From Nemertoderma westbladi (lineage: Eukaryota > Animalia > Xenacoelomorpha): DNA of 37,643 nucleotides. The number at the start of each line of letters is the position of its first letter. Position 1 is the stretch's first letter. The notes below the pieces were generated by a model. The model saw only the letters and a list, made by a program, of their open reading frames with translations, had not been told where the DNA came from and made no database searches. Both the position numbers and the translations under genes were made by a program. The stretch spans positions 1 to 37,643 of the forward strand of contig JAUCBJ010004829.1 of the NCBI GenBank assembly GCA_032718475.1. The letters run 5' to 3'. This document shows positions 8,301 through 23,300 of this stretch, piece by piece.

Positions 8301-11300
8301 ACTCTAGACTCTCTGTATATTTGTATATACTCTAGACTCTGTATATTTGTATATACTCTAGACTCTCTGTATATTTGTATATACTCTAGACTCTCTGTAT
8401 ATTTGTATATACTCTAGACTCTGTATATTTGTATATACTCTAGACTCTCTGTATATTTGTATATACTCTAGACTCTCTGTATATTTGTATATACTCTAGA
8501 CTCTGTATATTTGTATATACTCTAGACTCTCTGTATATTTGTATATACTCTAGACTCTGTATATTTGTATATACTCTAGACTCTCTGTATATTTGTATAT
8601 ACTCTAGACTCTCTGTATATTTGTATATACTCTAGACTCTGTATATTTGTATATACTCTTGACTCTCAGTATATTTGTATATACTCTAGACTCTCTGTAT
8701 ATTTGTATATACTCTTGACTCTCTGTATATTTGTATATACTCTAGACGCTCTGTGTATTTGTATATACTCTTGACTCTCTGTATATTTGTATATACTCTA
8801 GACTCTCAGTATATTTGTATATAATTTACTCTGTATATTTATATTTAATTTACTCTGTATATTTGTACTCTAGACTCTCTGTATATTTGTATATACTCTT
8901 GACTCTCTGTATATTTGTATAAACTCTAGACTCTCAGTATATTTGTATATAATTTACTCTGTATATTTGTATTTAATTTACTCTGTATATTTGTACTCTA
9001 GACTCTCTGTATATTTGTATATACTCTTGACTCTCTGTATATTTGTATATACTCTAGACTCTCAGTATATTTGTATATAATTTACTCTGTATATTTGTAT
9101 TTAATTTACTCTGTATATTTGTACTCTAGACTCTCTGTATATTTGTATATACTCTTGACTCTCTGTATATTTGTATATACTCTAGACTCTCAGTATATTT
9201 GTATATAATTTACTCTGTATATTTGTATTTAATTTACTCTGTATATTTATACTCTAGACTCTCTGTATATTTGTATATACTCTTGACTCTCTGTATATTT
9301 GTATATACTCTAGACGCTCTGTGTATTTGTATATACTCTAGACTCTCTGTATATTTGTATATACTCTAGACTCTCAGTATATTTGTATATAATTTACTCT
9401 GTATATTTGTACTCTAGACTCTCTGTATATTTGTATATACTCTAGACTCTCTGTATATTTGTATATACTCTTGACTCTCTGTATATTTGTATATACTCTT
9501 GACTCTCTGTATATTTGTATATACTCTAGACGCTCTGTGTATTTGTATATACTCTTGACTCTCTGCATATTTGTATATACTCTTGACTCTCTGTATATTT
9601 GTATATACTCTTGACTCTCTGTATATTTGTATATACTCTAGACTCTCTGTATATTTGTATATACTCTAGACGCTCTGTGTATTTGTATATACTCTTGACT
9701 CTCTGTATATTTGTATATACTCTAGACTCTCAGTATATTTGTATATAATTTACTCTGTATATTTGTACTCTAGACTCTCTGTATATTTGTATATACTCTA
9801 GACTCTCTGTATATTTGTATATACTCTTGACTCTCTGTATATTTGTATATACTCTTGACTCTCTGTACATTTGTATATACTCTAGACTCTCTGTATATTT
9901 GTATATACTCTAGACTCTGTATATTTGTATATACTCTAGACTCTCTGTATATTTGTATATACTCTTGACTATCTGTATATTTGTATATACTCTTGACTCT
10001 CTGTATATTTGTATATACTCTTGACTCTCTGTATATTTGTATTTAATTTACTCTGTATATTTATACTCTAGACTCTCTGTATATTTGTATATACTCTTGA
10101 CTCTCTGTATATTTGTATATACTCTAGACGCTCTGTGTATTTGTATATACTCTAGACTCTCTGTATATTTGTATATACTCTAGACTCTCAGTATATTTGT
10201 ATATAATTTACTCTGTATATTTGTACTCTAGACTCTCTGTATATTTGTATATACTCTAGACTCTCTGTATATTTGTATATACTCTTGACTCTCTGTATAT
10301 TTGTATATAATCTTGACTCTCTGTACATTTGTATATACTCTAGACTCTCTGTATATTTGTATATACTCTAGACTCTCTGTATATTTGTATATACTCTAGA
10401 CGCTCTGTGTATTTGTATATACTCTTGACTCTCTGTATATTTGTATATACTCTAGACTCTCAGTATATTTGTATATAATTTACTCTGTATATTTGTACTC
10501 TAGACTCTCTGTATATTTGTATATACTCTTGACTCTCTGTATATTTGTATGTACTCTAGACTCTCTGTATATTTGTATATACTCTTGACTCTCTGTATAT
10601 TTGTATATACTCTTGACTCTCTGTACATTTGTATATACTCTAGACTCTCTGTATATTTGTATATACTCTAGACTCTGTATATTTGTATATACTCTAGACT
10701 CTCTGTATATTTGTATATACTCTTGACTCTCTGTATATTTGTATATACTCTTGACTCTCTGTATATTTGTATATACTCTTGACTCTCTGTATATTTGTAT
10801 ATACTCTTGACTCTCTGTATATTTGTATATACTCTTGACTCTCTGTACATTTGTATATACTCTAGACTCTCTGTATATTTGTATATACTCTTGACTCTCT
10901 GTATATTTGTATATACTCTTGACTCTCTGTACATTTGTATATACTCTAGACTCTCTGTATATTTGTATATACTCTAGACTCTGTATATTTGTATATACTC
11001 TAGACTCTCTGTATATTTGTATATACTCTTGACTCTCTGTATATTTGTATATACTCTTGACTCTCTGTATATTTGTATATACTCTTGACTCTCTGTATAT
11101 TTGTATTTAATTTACTCTGTATATTTATACTCTAGACTCTCTGTATATTTGTATATACTCTTGACTCTCTGTATATTTGTATATACTCTAGACGCTCTGT
11201 TTATTTGTATATACTCTAGACTCTCTGTATATTTGTATATACTCTAGACTCTCAGTATATTTGTATATAATTTACTCTGTATATTTGTGCTCTAGACTCT

Positions 11301-14300
11301 CTGTATATTTGTATATACTCTAGACTCTCTGTATATTTGTATATACTCTTGACTCTCTGTATATTTGTATATAATCTTGACTCTCTGTACATTTGTATAT
11401 ACTCTAGACTCTCGGTATATTTGTATATACTCTAGACTCTCTGTATATTTGTATATACTCTAGACGCTCTGTGTATTTGTATATACTCTTGACTCTCTGT
11501 ATATTTGTATATACTCTAGACTCTCTGTATATTTGTATATACTCTTGACTCTCTGTATATTTGTATATACTCTTGACTCTCTGTATATTTGTATATACTC
11601 TTGACTCTCTGTATATTTGTATGTACTCTAGACTCTCTGTATATTTGTATATACTCTTGACTCTCTGTATATTTGTATATACTCTTGACTCTCTGTACAT
11701 TTGTATATACTCTAGACTCTCTGTATATTTGTATATACTCTTGACTCTCTGTATATTTGTATATAATCTTGACTCTCTGTACATTTGTATATACTCTTGA
11801 CTCTCTGTATATTTGTATATACTCTTGACTCTCTGTACATTTGTATATACTCTAGACTCTCTGTATATTTGTATATACTCTAGACTCTGTATATTTGTAT
11901 ATACTCTTGACTCTCTGTATATTTGTATATACTCTAGACTCTCAGTATATTTGTATATAATTTACTCTGTATATTTGTATTTAATTTACTCTGTATATTT
12001 GTATATACTCTAGACTCTGTATATTTGTATATACTCTTGACTCTCTGTATATTTGTATATACTCTAGACTCTCAGTATATTTGTATATAATTTACTCTGT
12101 ATATTTGTATTTAATTTACTCTGTATATTTGTATATACTCTTGACTCTCTGTATATTTGTATATACTCTAGACGCTCTGTGTATTTGTATATACTCTTGA
12201 CTCTCTGTATATTTGTATATACTCTAGACTCTCAGTATATTTGTATATAATTTACTCTGTATATTTATATTTAATTTACTCTGTATATTTGTACTCTAGA
12301 CTCTCTGTATACTTGTATATACTCTTGACTCTCTGTATATTTGTATATACTCTAGACTCTCAGTATATTTGTATATAATTTACTCTGTATATTTGTATTT
12401 AATTTACTCTGTATATTTGTACTCTAGACTCTCTGTATATTTGTATATACTCTTGACTCTCTGTATATTTGTATATACTCTAGACTCTCAGTATATTTGT
12501 ATATAATTTACTCTGTATATTTGTATTTAATTTACTCTGTATATTTATACTCTAGACTCTCTGTATATATGTATATACTCTTGACTCTCTGTATATTTGT
12601 ATATACTCTAGACGCTCTGTGTATTTGTATATACTCTTGACTCTCTGTATATTTGTATATACTCTAGACTCTCAGTATATTTGTATATAATTTACTCTGT
12701 ATATTTATATTTAATTTACTCTGTATATTTGTACTCTAGACTCTCTGTATATTTGTATATACTCTTGACTCTCTGTATATTTGTATATACTCTAGACGCT
12801 CTGTGTATTTGTATATACTCTTGACTCTCTGTATATTTGTATATACTCTAGACGCTCTGTGTATTTGTATATACTCTTGACTCTCTGTATATTTGTATAT
12901 ACTCTTGACTCTCTGTATATTTGTATATACTCTAGACGCTCTGTGTATTTGTATATACTCTTGACTCTCTGTATATTTGTATATACTCTAGACTCTCAGT
13001 ATATTTGTATATACTCTAGACTCTCAGTATATTTGTATATACTCTAGACTCTCAGTATATTTGTATATACTCTAGACTCTCAGTATATTTGTATATACTC
13101 TTGACTCTCTGTATATTTGTATATACTCTAGACGCTCTGTGTATTTGTATATACTCTTGACTCTCTGTATATTTGTATATACTCTTGACTCTCTGTATAT
13201 TTGTATATACTCTAGACTCTCAGTATATTTGTATATACTCTAGACTCTCAGTATATTTGTATATACTCTAGACTCTGTATATTTGTATATACTCTAGACT
13301 CTCTGTATATTTGTATATACTCTAGACTCTCTGTATATTTGTATATACTCTAGACTCTGTATATTTGTATATACTCTAGACTCTCTGTATATTTGTATAT
13401 ACTCTAGACTCTCTGTATATTTGTATATACTCTAGACTCTGTATATTTGTATATACTCTAGACTCTCTGTATATTTGTATATACTCTAGACTCTCTGTAT
13501 ATTTGTATATACTCTAGACTCTGTATATTTGTATATACTCTAGACTCTCTGTATATTTGTATATACTCTAGACTCTGTATATTTGTATATACTCTAGACT
13601 CTCTGTATATTTGTATATACTCTAGACTCTCTGTATATTTGTATATACTCTAGACTCTGTATATTTGTATATACTCTTGACTCTCAGTATATTTGTATAT
13701 ACTCTAGACTCTCTGTATATTTGTATATACTCTTGACTCTCTGTATATTTGTATATACTCTAGACGCTCTGTGTATTTGTATATACTCTTGACTCTCTGT
13801 ATATTTGTATATACTCTAGACTCTCAGTATATTTGTATATAATTTACTCTGTATATTTATATTTAATTTACTCTGTATATTTGTACTCTAGACTCTCTGT
13901 ATATTTGTATATACTCTTGACTCTCTGTATATTTGTATAAACTCTAGACTCTCAGTATATTTGTATATAATTTACTCTGTATATTTGTATTTAATTTACT
14001 CTGTATATTTGTACTCTAGACTCTCTGTATATTTGTATATACTCTTGACTCTCTGTATATTTGTATATACTCTAGACTCTCAGTATATTTGTATATAATT
14101 TACTCTGTATATTTGTATTTAATTTACTCTGTATATTTGTACTCTAGACTCTCTGTATATTTGTATATACTCTTGACTCTCTGTATATTTGTATATACTC
14201 TAGACTCTCAGTATATTTGTATATAATTTACTCTGTATATTTGTATTTAATTTACTCTGTATATTTATACTCTAGACTCTCTGTATATTTGTATATACTC

Positions 14301-17300
14301 TTGACTCTCTGTATATTTGTATATACTCTAGACGCTCTGTGTATTTGTATATACTCTAGACTCTCTGTATATTTGTATATACTCTAGACTCTCAGTATAT
14401 TTGTATATAATTTACTCTGTATATTTGTACTCTAGACTCTCTGTATATTTGTATATACTCTAGACTCTCTGTATATTTGTATATACTCTTGACTCTCTGT
14501 ATATTTGTATATACTCTTGACTCTCTGTATATTTGTATATACTCTAGACGCTCTGTGTATTTGTATATACTCTTGACTCTCTGCATATTTGTATATACTC
14601 TTGACTCTCTGTATATTTGTATATACTCTTGACTCTCTGTATATTTGTATATACTCTAGACTCTCTGTATATTTGTATATACTCTAGACGCTCTGTGTAT
14701 TTGTATATACTCTTGACTCTCTGTATATTTGTATATACTCTAGACTCTCAGTATATTTGTATATAATTTACTCTGTATATTTGTACTCTAGACTCTCTGT
14801 ATATTTGTATATACTCTAGACTCTCTGTATATTTGTATATACTCTTGACTCTCTGTATATTTGTATATACTCTTGACTCTCTGTACATTTGTATATACTC
14901 TAGACTCTCTGTATATTTGTATATACTCTAGACTCTGTATATTTGTATATACTCTAGACTCTCTGTATATTTGTATATACTCTTGACTATCTGTATATTT
15001 GTATATACTCTTGACTCTCTGTATATTTGTATATACTCTTGACTCTCTGTATATTTGTATTTAATTTACTCTGTATATTTATACTCTAGACTCTCTGTAT
15101 ATTTGTATATACTCTTGACTCTCTGTATATTTGTATATACTCTAGACGCTCTGTGTATTTGTATATACTCTAGACTCTCTGTATATTTGTATATACTCTA
15201 GACTCTCAGTATATTTGTATATAATTTACTCTGTATATTTGTACTCTAGACTCTCTGTATATTTGTATATACTCTAGACTCTCTGTATATTTGTATATAC
15301 TCTTGACTCTCTGTATATTTGTATATAATCTTGACTCTCTGTACATTTGTATATACTCTAGACTCTCTGTATATTTGTATATACTCTAGACTCTCTGTAT
15401 ATTTGTATATACTCTAGACGCTCTGTGTATTTGTATATACTCTTGACTCTCTGTATATTTGTATATACTCTAGACTCTCAGTATATTTGTATATAATTTA
15501 CTCTGTATATTTGTACTCTAGACTCTCTGTATATTTGTATATACTCTTGACTCTCTGTATATTTGTATGTACTCTAGACTCTCTGTATATTTGTATATAC
15601 TCTTGACTCTCTGTATATTTGTATGTACTCTAGACTCTCTGTATATTTGTATATACTAACTCTTGACTCTCTGTATATTTGTATATACTCTTGACTCTCT
15701 GTACATTTGTATATACTCTAGACTCTCTGTATATTTGTATATACTCTAGACTCTGTATATTTGTATATACTCTAGACTCTCTGTATATTTGTATATACTC
15801 TTGACTCTCTGTATATTTGTATATACTCTTGACTCTCTGTATATTTGTATATACTCTTGACTCTCTGTATATTTGTATATACTCTTGACTCTCTGTATAT
15901 TTGTATATACTCTTGACTCTCTGTACATTTGTATATACTCTAGACTCTCTGTATATTTGTATATACTCTTGACTCTCTGTATATTTGTATATACTCTTGA
16001 CTCTCTGTACATTTGTATATACTCTAGACTCTCTGTATATTTGTATATACTCTAGACTCTGTATATTTGTATATACTCTAGACTCTCTGTATATTTGTAT
16101 ATACTCTTGACTCTCTGTATATTTGTATATACTCTTGACTCTCTGTATATTTGTATATACTCTTGACTCTCTGTATATTTGTATTTAATTTACTCTGTAT
16201 ATTTATACTCTAGACTCTCTGTATATTTGTATATACTCTTGACTCTCTGTATATTTGTATATACTCTAGACGCTCTGTGTATTTGTATATACTCTAGACT
16301 CTCTGTATATTTGTATATACTCTAGACTCTCAGTATATTTGTATATAATTTACTCTGTATATTTGTGCTCTAGACTCTCTGTATATTTGTATATACTCTA
16401 GACTCTCTGTATATTTGTATATACTCTTGACTCTCTGTATATTTGTATATAATCTTGACTCTCTGTACATTTGTATATACTCTAGACTCTCGGTATATTT
16501 GTATATACTCTAGACTCTCTGTATATTTGTATATACTCTAGACGCTCTGTGTATTTGTATATACTCTTGACTCTCTGTATATTTGTATATACTCTAGACT
16601 CTCTGTATATTTGTATATACTCTAGACTCTCTGTATATTTGTATATACTCTAGACTCTGTATATTTGTATATACTCTTGACTCTCAGTATATTTGTATAT
16701 ACTCTAGACTCTCTGTATATTTGTATATACTCTTGACTCTCTGTATATTTGTATATACTCTAGACGCTCTGTGTATTTGTATATACTCTTGACTCTCTGT
16801 ATATTTGTATATACTCTAGACTCTCAGTATATTTGTATATAATTTACTCTGTATATTTATATTTAATTTACTCTGTATATTTGTACTCTAGACTCTCTGT
16901 ATATTTGTATATACTCTTGACTCTCTGTATATTTGTATAAACTCTAGACTCTCAGTATATTTGTATATAATTTACTCTGTATATTTGTATTTAATTTACT
17001 CTGTATATTTGTACTCTAGACTCTCTGTATATTTGTATATACTCTTGACTCTCTGTATATTTGTATATACTCTAGACTCTCAGTATATTTGTATATAATT
17101 TACTCTGTATATTTGTATTTAATTTACTCTGTATATTTGTACTCTAGACTCTCTGTATATTTGTATATACTCTTGACTCTCTGTATATTTGTATATACTC
17201 TAGACTCTCAGTATATTTGTATATAATTTACTCTGTATATTTGTATTTAATTTACTCTGTATATTTATACTCTAGACTCTCTGTATATTTGTATATACTC

Positions 17301-20300
17301 TTGACTCTCTGTATATTTGTATATACTCTAGACGCTCTGTGTATTTGTATATACTCTAGACTCTCTGTATATTTGTATATACTCTAGACTCTCAGTATAT
17401 TTGTATATAATTTACTCTGTATATTTGTACTCTAGACTCTCTGTATATTTGTATATACTCTAGACTCTCTGTATATTTGTATATACTCTTGACTCTCTGT
17501 ATATTTGTATATACTCTTGACTCTCTGTATATTTGTATATACTCTAGACGCTCTGTGTATTTGTATATACTCTTGACTCTCTGCATATTTGTATATACTC
17601 TTGACTCTCTGTATATTTGTATATACTCTTGACTCTCTGTATATTTGTATATACTCTAGACTCTCTGTATATTTGTATATACTCTAGACGCTCTGTGTAT
17701 TTGTATATACTCTTGACTCTCTGTATATTTGTATATACTCTAGACTCTCAGTATATTTGTATATAATTTACTCTGTATATTTGTACTCTAGACTCTCTGT
17801 ATATTTGTATATACTCTAGACTCTCTGTATATTTGTATATACTCTTGACTCTCTGTATATTTGTATATACTCTTGACTCTCTGTACATTTGTATATACTC
17901 TAGACTCTCTGTATATTTGTATATACTCTAGACTCTGTATATTTGTATATACTCTAGACTCTCTGTATATTTGTATATACTCTTGACTATCTGTATATTT
18001 GTATATACTCTTGACTCTCTGTATATTTGTATATACTCTTGACTCTCTGTATATTTGTATTTAATTTACTCTGTATATTTATACTTTAGACTCTCTGTAT
18101 ATTTGTATATACTCTTGACACTCTGTATATTTGTATATACTCTAGACGCTCTGTGTATTTGTATATACTCTAGACTCTCTGTATATTTGTATATACTCTA
18201 GACTCTCAGTATATTTGTATATAATTTACTCTGTATATTTGTACTCTAGACTCTCTGTATATTTGTATATACTCTAGACTCTCTGTATATTTGTATATAC
18301 TCTTGACTCTCTGTATATTTGTATATAATCTTGACTCTCTGTACATTTGTATATACTCTAGACTCTCTGTATATTTGTATATACTCTAGACTCTCTGTAT
18401 ATTTGTATATACTCTAGACGCTCTGTGTATTTGTATATACTCTTGACTCTCTGTATATTTGTATATACTCTAGACTCTCAGTATATTTGTATATAATTTA
18501 CTCTGTATATTTGTACTCTAGACTCTCTGTATATTTGTATATACTCTTGACTCTCTGTATATTTGTATGTACTCTAGACTCTCTGTATATTTGTATATAC
18601 TCTTGACTCTCTGTATATTTGTATATACTCTTGACTCTCTGTACATTTGTATATACTCTAGACTCTCTGTATATTTGTATATACTCTAGACTCTGTATAT
18701 TTGTATATACTCTAGACTCTCTGTATATTTGTATATACTCTTGACTCTCTGTATATTTGTATATACTCTTGACTCTCTGTATATTTGTATATACTCTTGA
18801 CTCTCTGTATATTTGTATATACTCTTGACTCTCTGTATATTTGTATATACTCTTGACTCTCTGTACATTTGTATATACTCTAGACTCTCTGTATATTTGT
18901 ATATACTCTTGACTCTCTGTATATTTGTATATACTCTTGACTCTCTGTACATTTGTATATACTCTAGACTCTCTGTATATTTGTATATACTCTAGACTCT
19001 GTATATTTGTATATACTCTAGACTCTCTGTATATTTGTATATACTCTTGACTCTCTGTATATTTGTATATACTCTTGACTCTCTGTATATTTGTATATAC
19101 TCTTGACTCTCTGTATATTTGTATTTAATTTACTCTGTATATTTATACTCTAGACTCTCTGTATATTTGTATATACTCTTGACTCTCTGTATATTTGTAT
19201 ATACTCTTGACTCTCTGTATATTTGTATATACTCTAGACGCTCTGTGTATTTGTATATACTCTTGACTCTCTGTATATTTGTATATACTCTAGACTCTCA
19301 GTATATTTGTATATACTCTAGACTCTCAGTATATTTGTATATACTCTAGACTCTCAGTATATTTGTATATACTCTAGACTCTCAGTATATTTGTATATAC
19401 TCTTGACTCTCTGTATATTTGTATATACTCTAGACGCTCTGTGTATTTGTATATACTCTTGACTCTCTGTATATTTGTATATACTCTTGACTCTCTGTAT
19501 ATTTTTTTGTATATACTCTAGACTCTCAGTATATTTGTATATACTCTAGACTCTCTGTATATTTGTATATACTCTAGACTCTGTATATTTGTATATACTC
19601 TAGACTCTCTGTATATTTGTATATACTCTTGACTCTCTGTATATTTGTATATACTCTAGACTCTCTGTATATTTGTATATACTCTAGACTCTGTATATTT
19701 GTATATACTCTAGACTCTCTGTATATTTGTATATACTCTAGACTCTCTGTATATTTGTATATACTCTAGACTCTGTATATTTGTATATACTCTAGACTCT
19801 CTGTATATTTGTATATACTCTAGACTCTGTATATTTGTATATACTCTAGACTCTCTGTATATTTGTATATACTCTAGACTCTCTGTATATTTGTATATAC
19901 TCTAGACTCTGTATATTTGTATATACTCTTGACTCTCAGTATATTTGTATATACTCTAGACTCTCTGTATATTTGTATATACTCTTGACTCTCTGTATAT
20001 TTGTATATACTCTAGACGCTCTGTGTATTTGTATATACTCTTGACTCTCTGTATATTTGTATATACTCTAGACTCTCAGTATATTTGTATATAATTTACT
20101 CTGTATATTTATATTTAATTTACTCTGTATATTTGTACTCTAGACTCTCTGTATATTTGTATATACTCTTGACTCTCTGTATATTTGTATAAACTCTAGA
20201 CTCTCAGTATATTTGTATATAATTTACTCTGTATATTTGTATTTAATTTACTCTGTATATTTGTACTCTAGACTCTCTGTATATTTGTATATACTCTTGA

Positions 20301-23300
20301 CTCTCTGTATATTTGTATATACTCTAGACTCTCAGTATATTTGTATATAATTTACTCTGTATATTTGTATTTAATTTACTCTGTATATTTGTACTCTAGA
20401 CTCTCTGTATATTTGTATATACTCTTGACTCTCTGTATATTTGTATATACTCTAGACTCTCAGTATATTTGTATATAATTTACTCTGTATATTTGTATTT
20501 AATTTACTCTGTATATTTATACTCTAGACTCTCTGTATATTTGTATATACTCTTGACTCTCTGTATATTTGTATATACTCTAGACGCTCTGTGTATTTGT
20601 ATATACTCTAGACTCTCTGTATATTTGTATATACTCTAGACTCTCAGTATATTTGTATATAATTTACTCTGTATATTTGTACTCTAGACTCTCTGTATAT
20701 TTGTATATACTCTAGACTCTCTGTATATTTGTATATACTCTTGACTCTCTGTATATTTGTATATACTCTTGACTCTCTGTATATTTGTATATACTCTAGA
20801 CGCTCTGTGTATTTGTATATACTCTTGACTCTCTGCATATTTGTATATACTCTTGACTCTCTGTATATTTGTATATACTCTTGACTCTCTGTATATTTGT
20901 ATATACTCTAGACTCTCTGTATATTTGTATATACTCTAGACGCTCTGTGTATTTGTATATACTCTTGACTCTCTGTATATTTGTATATACTCTAGACTCT
21001 CAGTATATTTGTATATAATTTACTCTGTATATTTGTACTCTAGACTCTCTGTATATTTGTATATACTCTAGACTCTCTGTATATTTGTATATACTCTTGA
21101 CTCTCTGTATATTTGTATATACTCTTGACTCTCTGTACATTTGTATATACTCTAGACTCTCTGTATATTTGTATATACTCTAGACTCTGTATATTTGTAT
21201 ATACTCTAGACTCTCTGTATATTTGTATATACTCTTGACTATCTGTATATTTGTATATACTCTTGACTCTCTGTATATTTGTATATACTCTTGACTCTCT
21301 GTATATTTGTATTTAATTTACTCTGTATATTTATACTCTAGACTCTCTGTATATTTGTATATACTCTTGACTCTCTGTATATTTGTATATACTCTAGACG
21401 CTCTGTGTATTTGTATATACTCTAGACTCTCTGTATATTTGTATATACTCTAGACTCTCAGTATATTTGTATATAATTTACTCTGTATATTTGTACTCTA
21501 GACTCTCTGTATATTTGTATATACTCTAGACTCTCTGTATATTTGTATATACTCTTGACTCTCTGTATATTTGTATATAATCTTGACTCTCTGTACATTT
21601 GTATATACTCTAGACTCTCTGTATATTTGTATATACTCTAGACTCTCTGTATATTTGTATATACTCTAGACGCTCTGTGTATTTGTATATACTCTTGACT
21701 CTCTGTATATTTGTATATACTCTAGACTCTCAGTATATTTGTATATAATTTACTCTGTATATTTGTACTCTAGACTCTCTGTATATTTGTATATACTCTT
21801 GACTCTCTGTATATTTGTATGTACTCTAGACTCTCTGTATATTTGTATATACTCTTGACTCTCTGTATATTTGTATGTACTCTAGACTCTCTGTATATTT
21901 GTATATACTAACTCTTGACTCTCTGTATATTTGTATATACTCTTGACTCTCTGTACATTTGTATATACTCTAGACTCTCTGTATATTTGTATATACTCTA
22001 GACTCTGTATATTTGTATATACTCTAGACTCTCTGTATATTTGTATATACTCTTGACTCTCTGTATATTTGTATATACTCTTGACTCTCTGTATATTTGT
22101 ATATACTCTTGACTCTCTGTATATTTGTATATACTCTTGACTCTCTGTATATTTGTATATACTCTTGACTCTCTGTACATTTGTATATACTCTAGACTCT
22201 CTGTATATTTTTATATACTCTTGACTCTCTGTATATTTGTATATACTCTTGACTCTCTGTACATTTGTATATACTCTAGACTCTCTGTATATTTGTATAT
22301 ACTCTAGACTCTGTATATTTGTATATACTCTAGACTCTCTGTATATTTGTATATACTCTTGACTCTCTGTATATTTGTATATACTCTTGACTCTCTGTAT
22401 ATTTGTATATACTCTTGACTCTCTGTATATTTGTATTTAATTTACTCTGTATATTTATACTCTAGACTCTCTGTATATTTGTATATACTCTTGACTCTCT
22501 GTATATTTGTATATACTCTAGACGCTCTGTGTATTTGTATATACTCTAGACTCTCTGTATATTTGTATATACTCTAGACTCTCAGTATATTTGTATATAA
22601 TTTACTCTGTATATTTGTGCTCTAGACTCTCTGTATATTTGTATATACTCTAGACTCTCTGTATATTTGTATATACTCTTGACTCTCTGTATATTTGTAT
22701 ATAATCTTGACTCTCTGTACATTTGTATATACTCTAGACTCTCGGTATATTTGTATATACTCTAGACTCTCTGTATATTTGTATATACTCTAGACGCTCT
22801 GTGTATTTGTATATACTCTTGACTCTCTGTATATTTGTATATACTCTAGACTCTCTGTATATTTGTATATACTCTAGACTCTCTGTATATTTGTATATAC
22901 TCTAGACTCTCTGTATATTTGTATATACTCTAGACTCTGTATATTTGTATATACTCTTGACTCTCAGTATATTTGTATATACTCTAGACTCTCTGTATAT
23001 TTGTATATACTCTTGACTCTCTGTATATTTGTATATACTCTAGACGCTCTGTGTATTTGTATATACTCTTGACTCTCTGTATATTTGTATATACTCTAGA
23101 CTCTCAGTATATTTGTATATAATTTACTCTGTATATTTATATTTAATTTACTCTGTATATTTGTACTCTAGACTCTCTGTATATTTGTATATACTCTTGA
23201 CTCTCTGTATATTTGTATAAACTCTAGACTCTCAGTATATTTGTATATAATTTACTCTGTATATTTGTATTTAATTTACTCTGTATATTTGTACTCTAGA

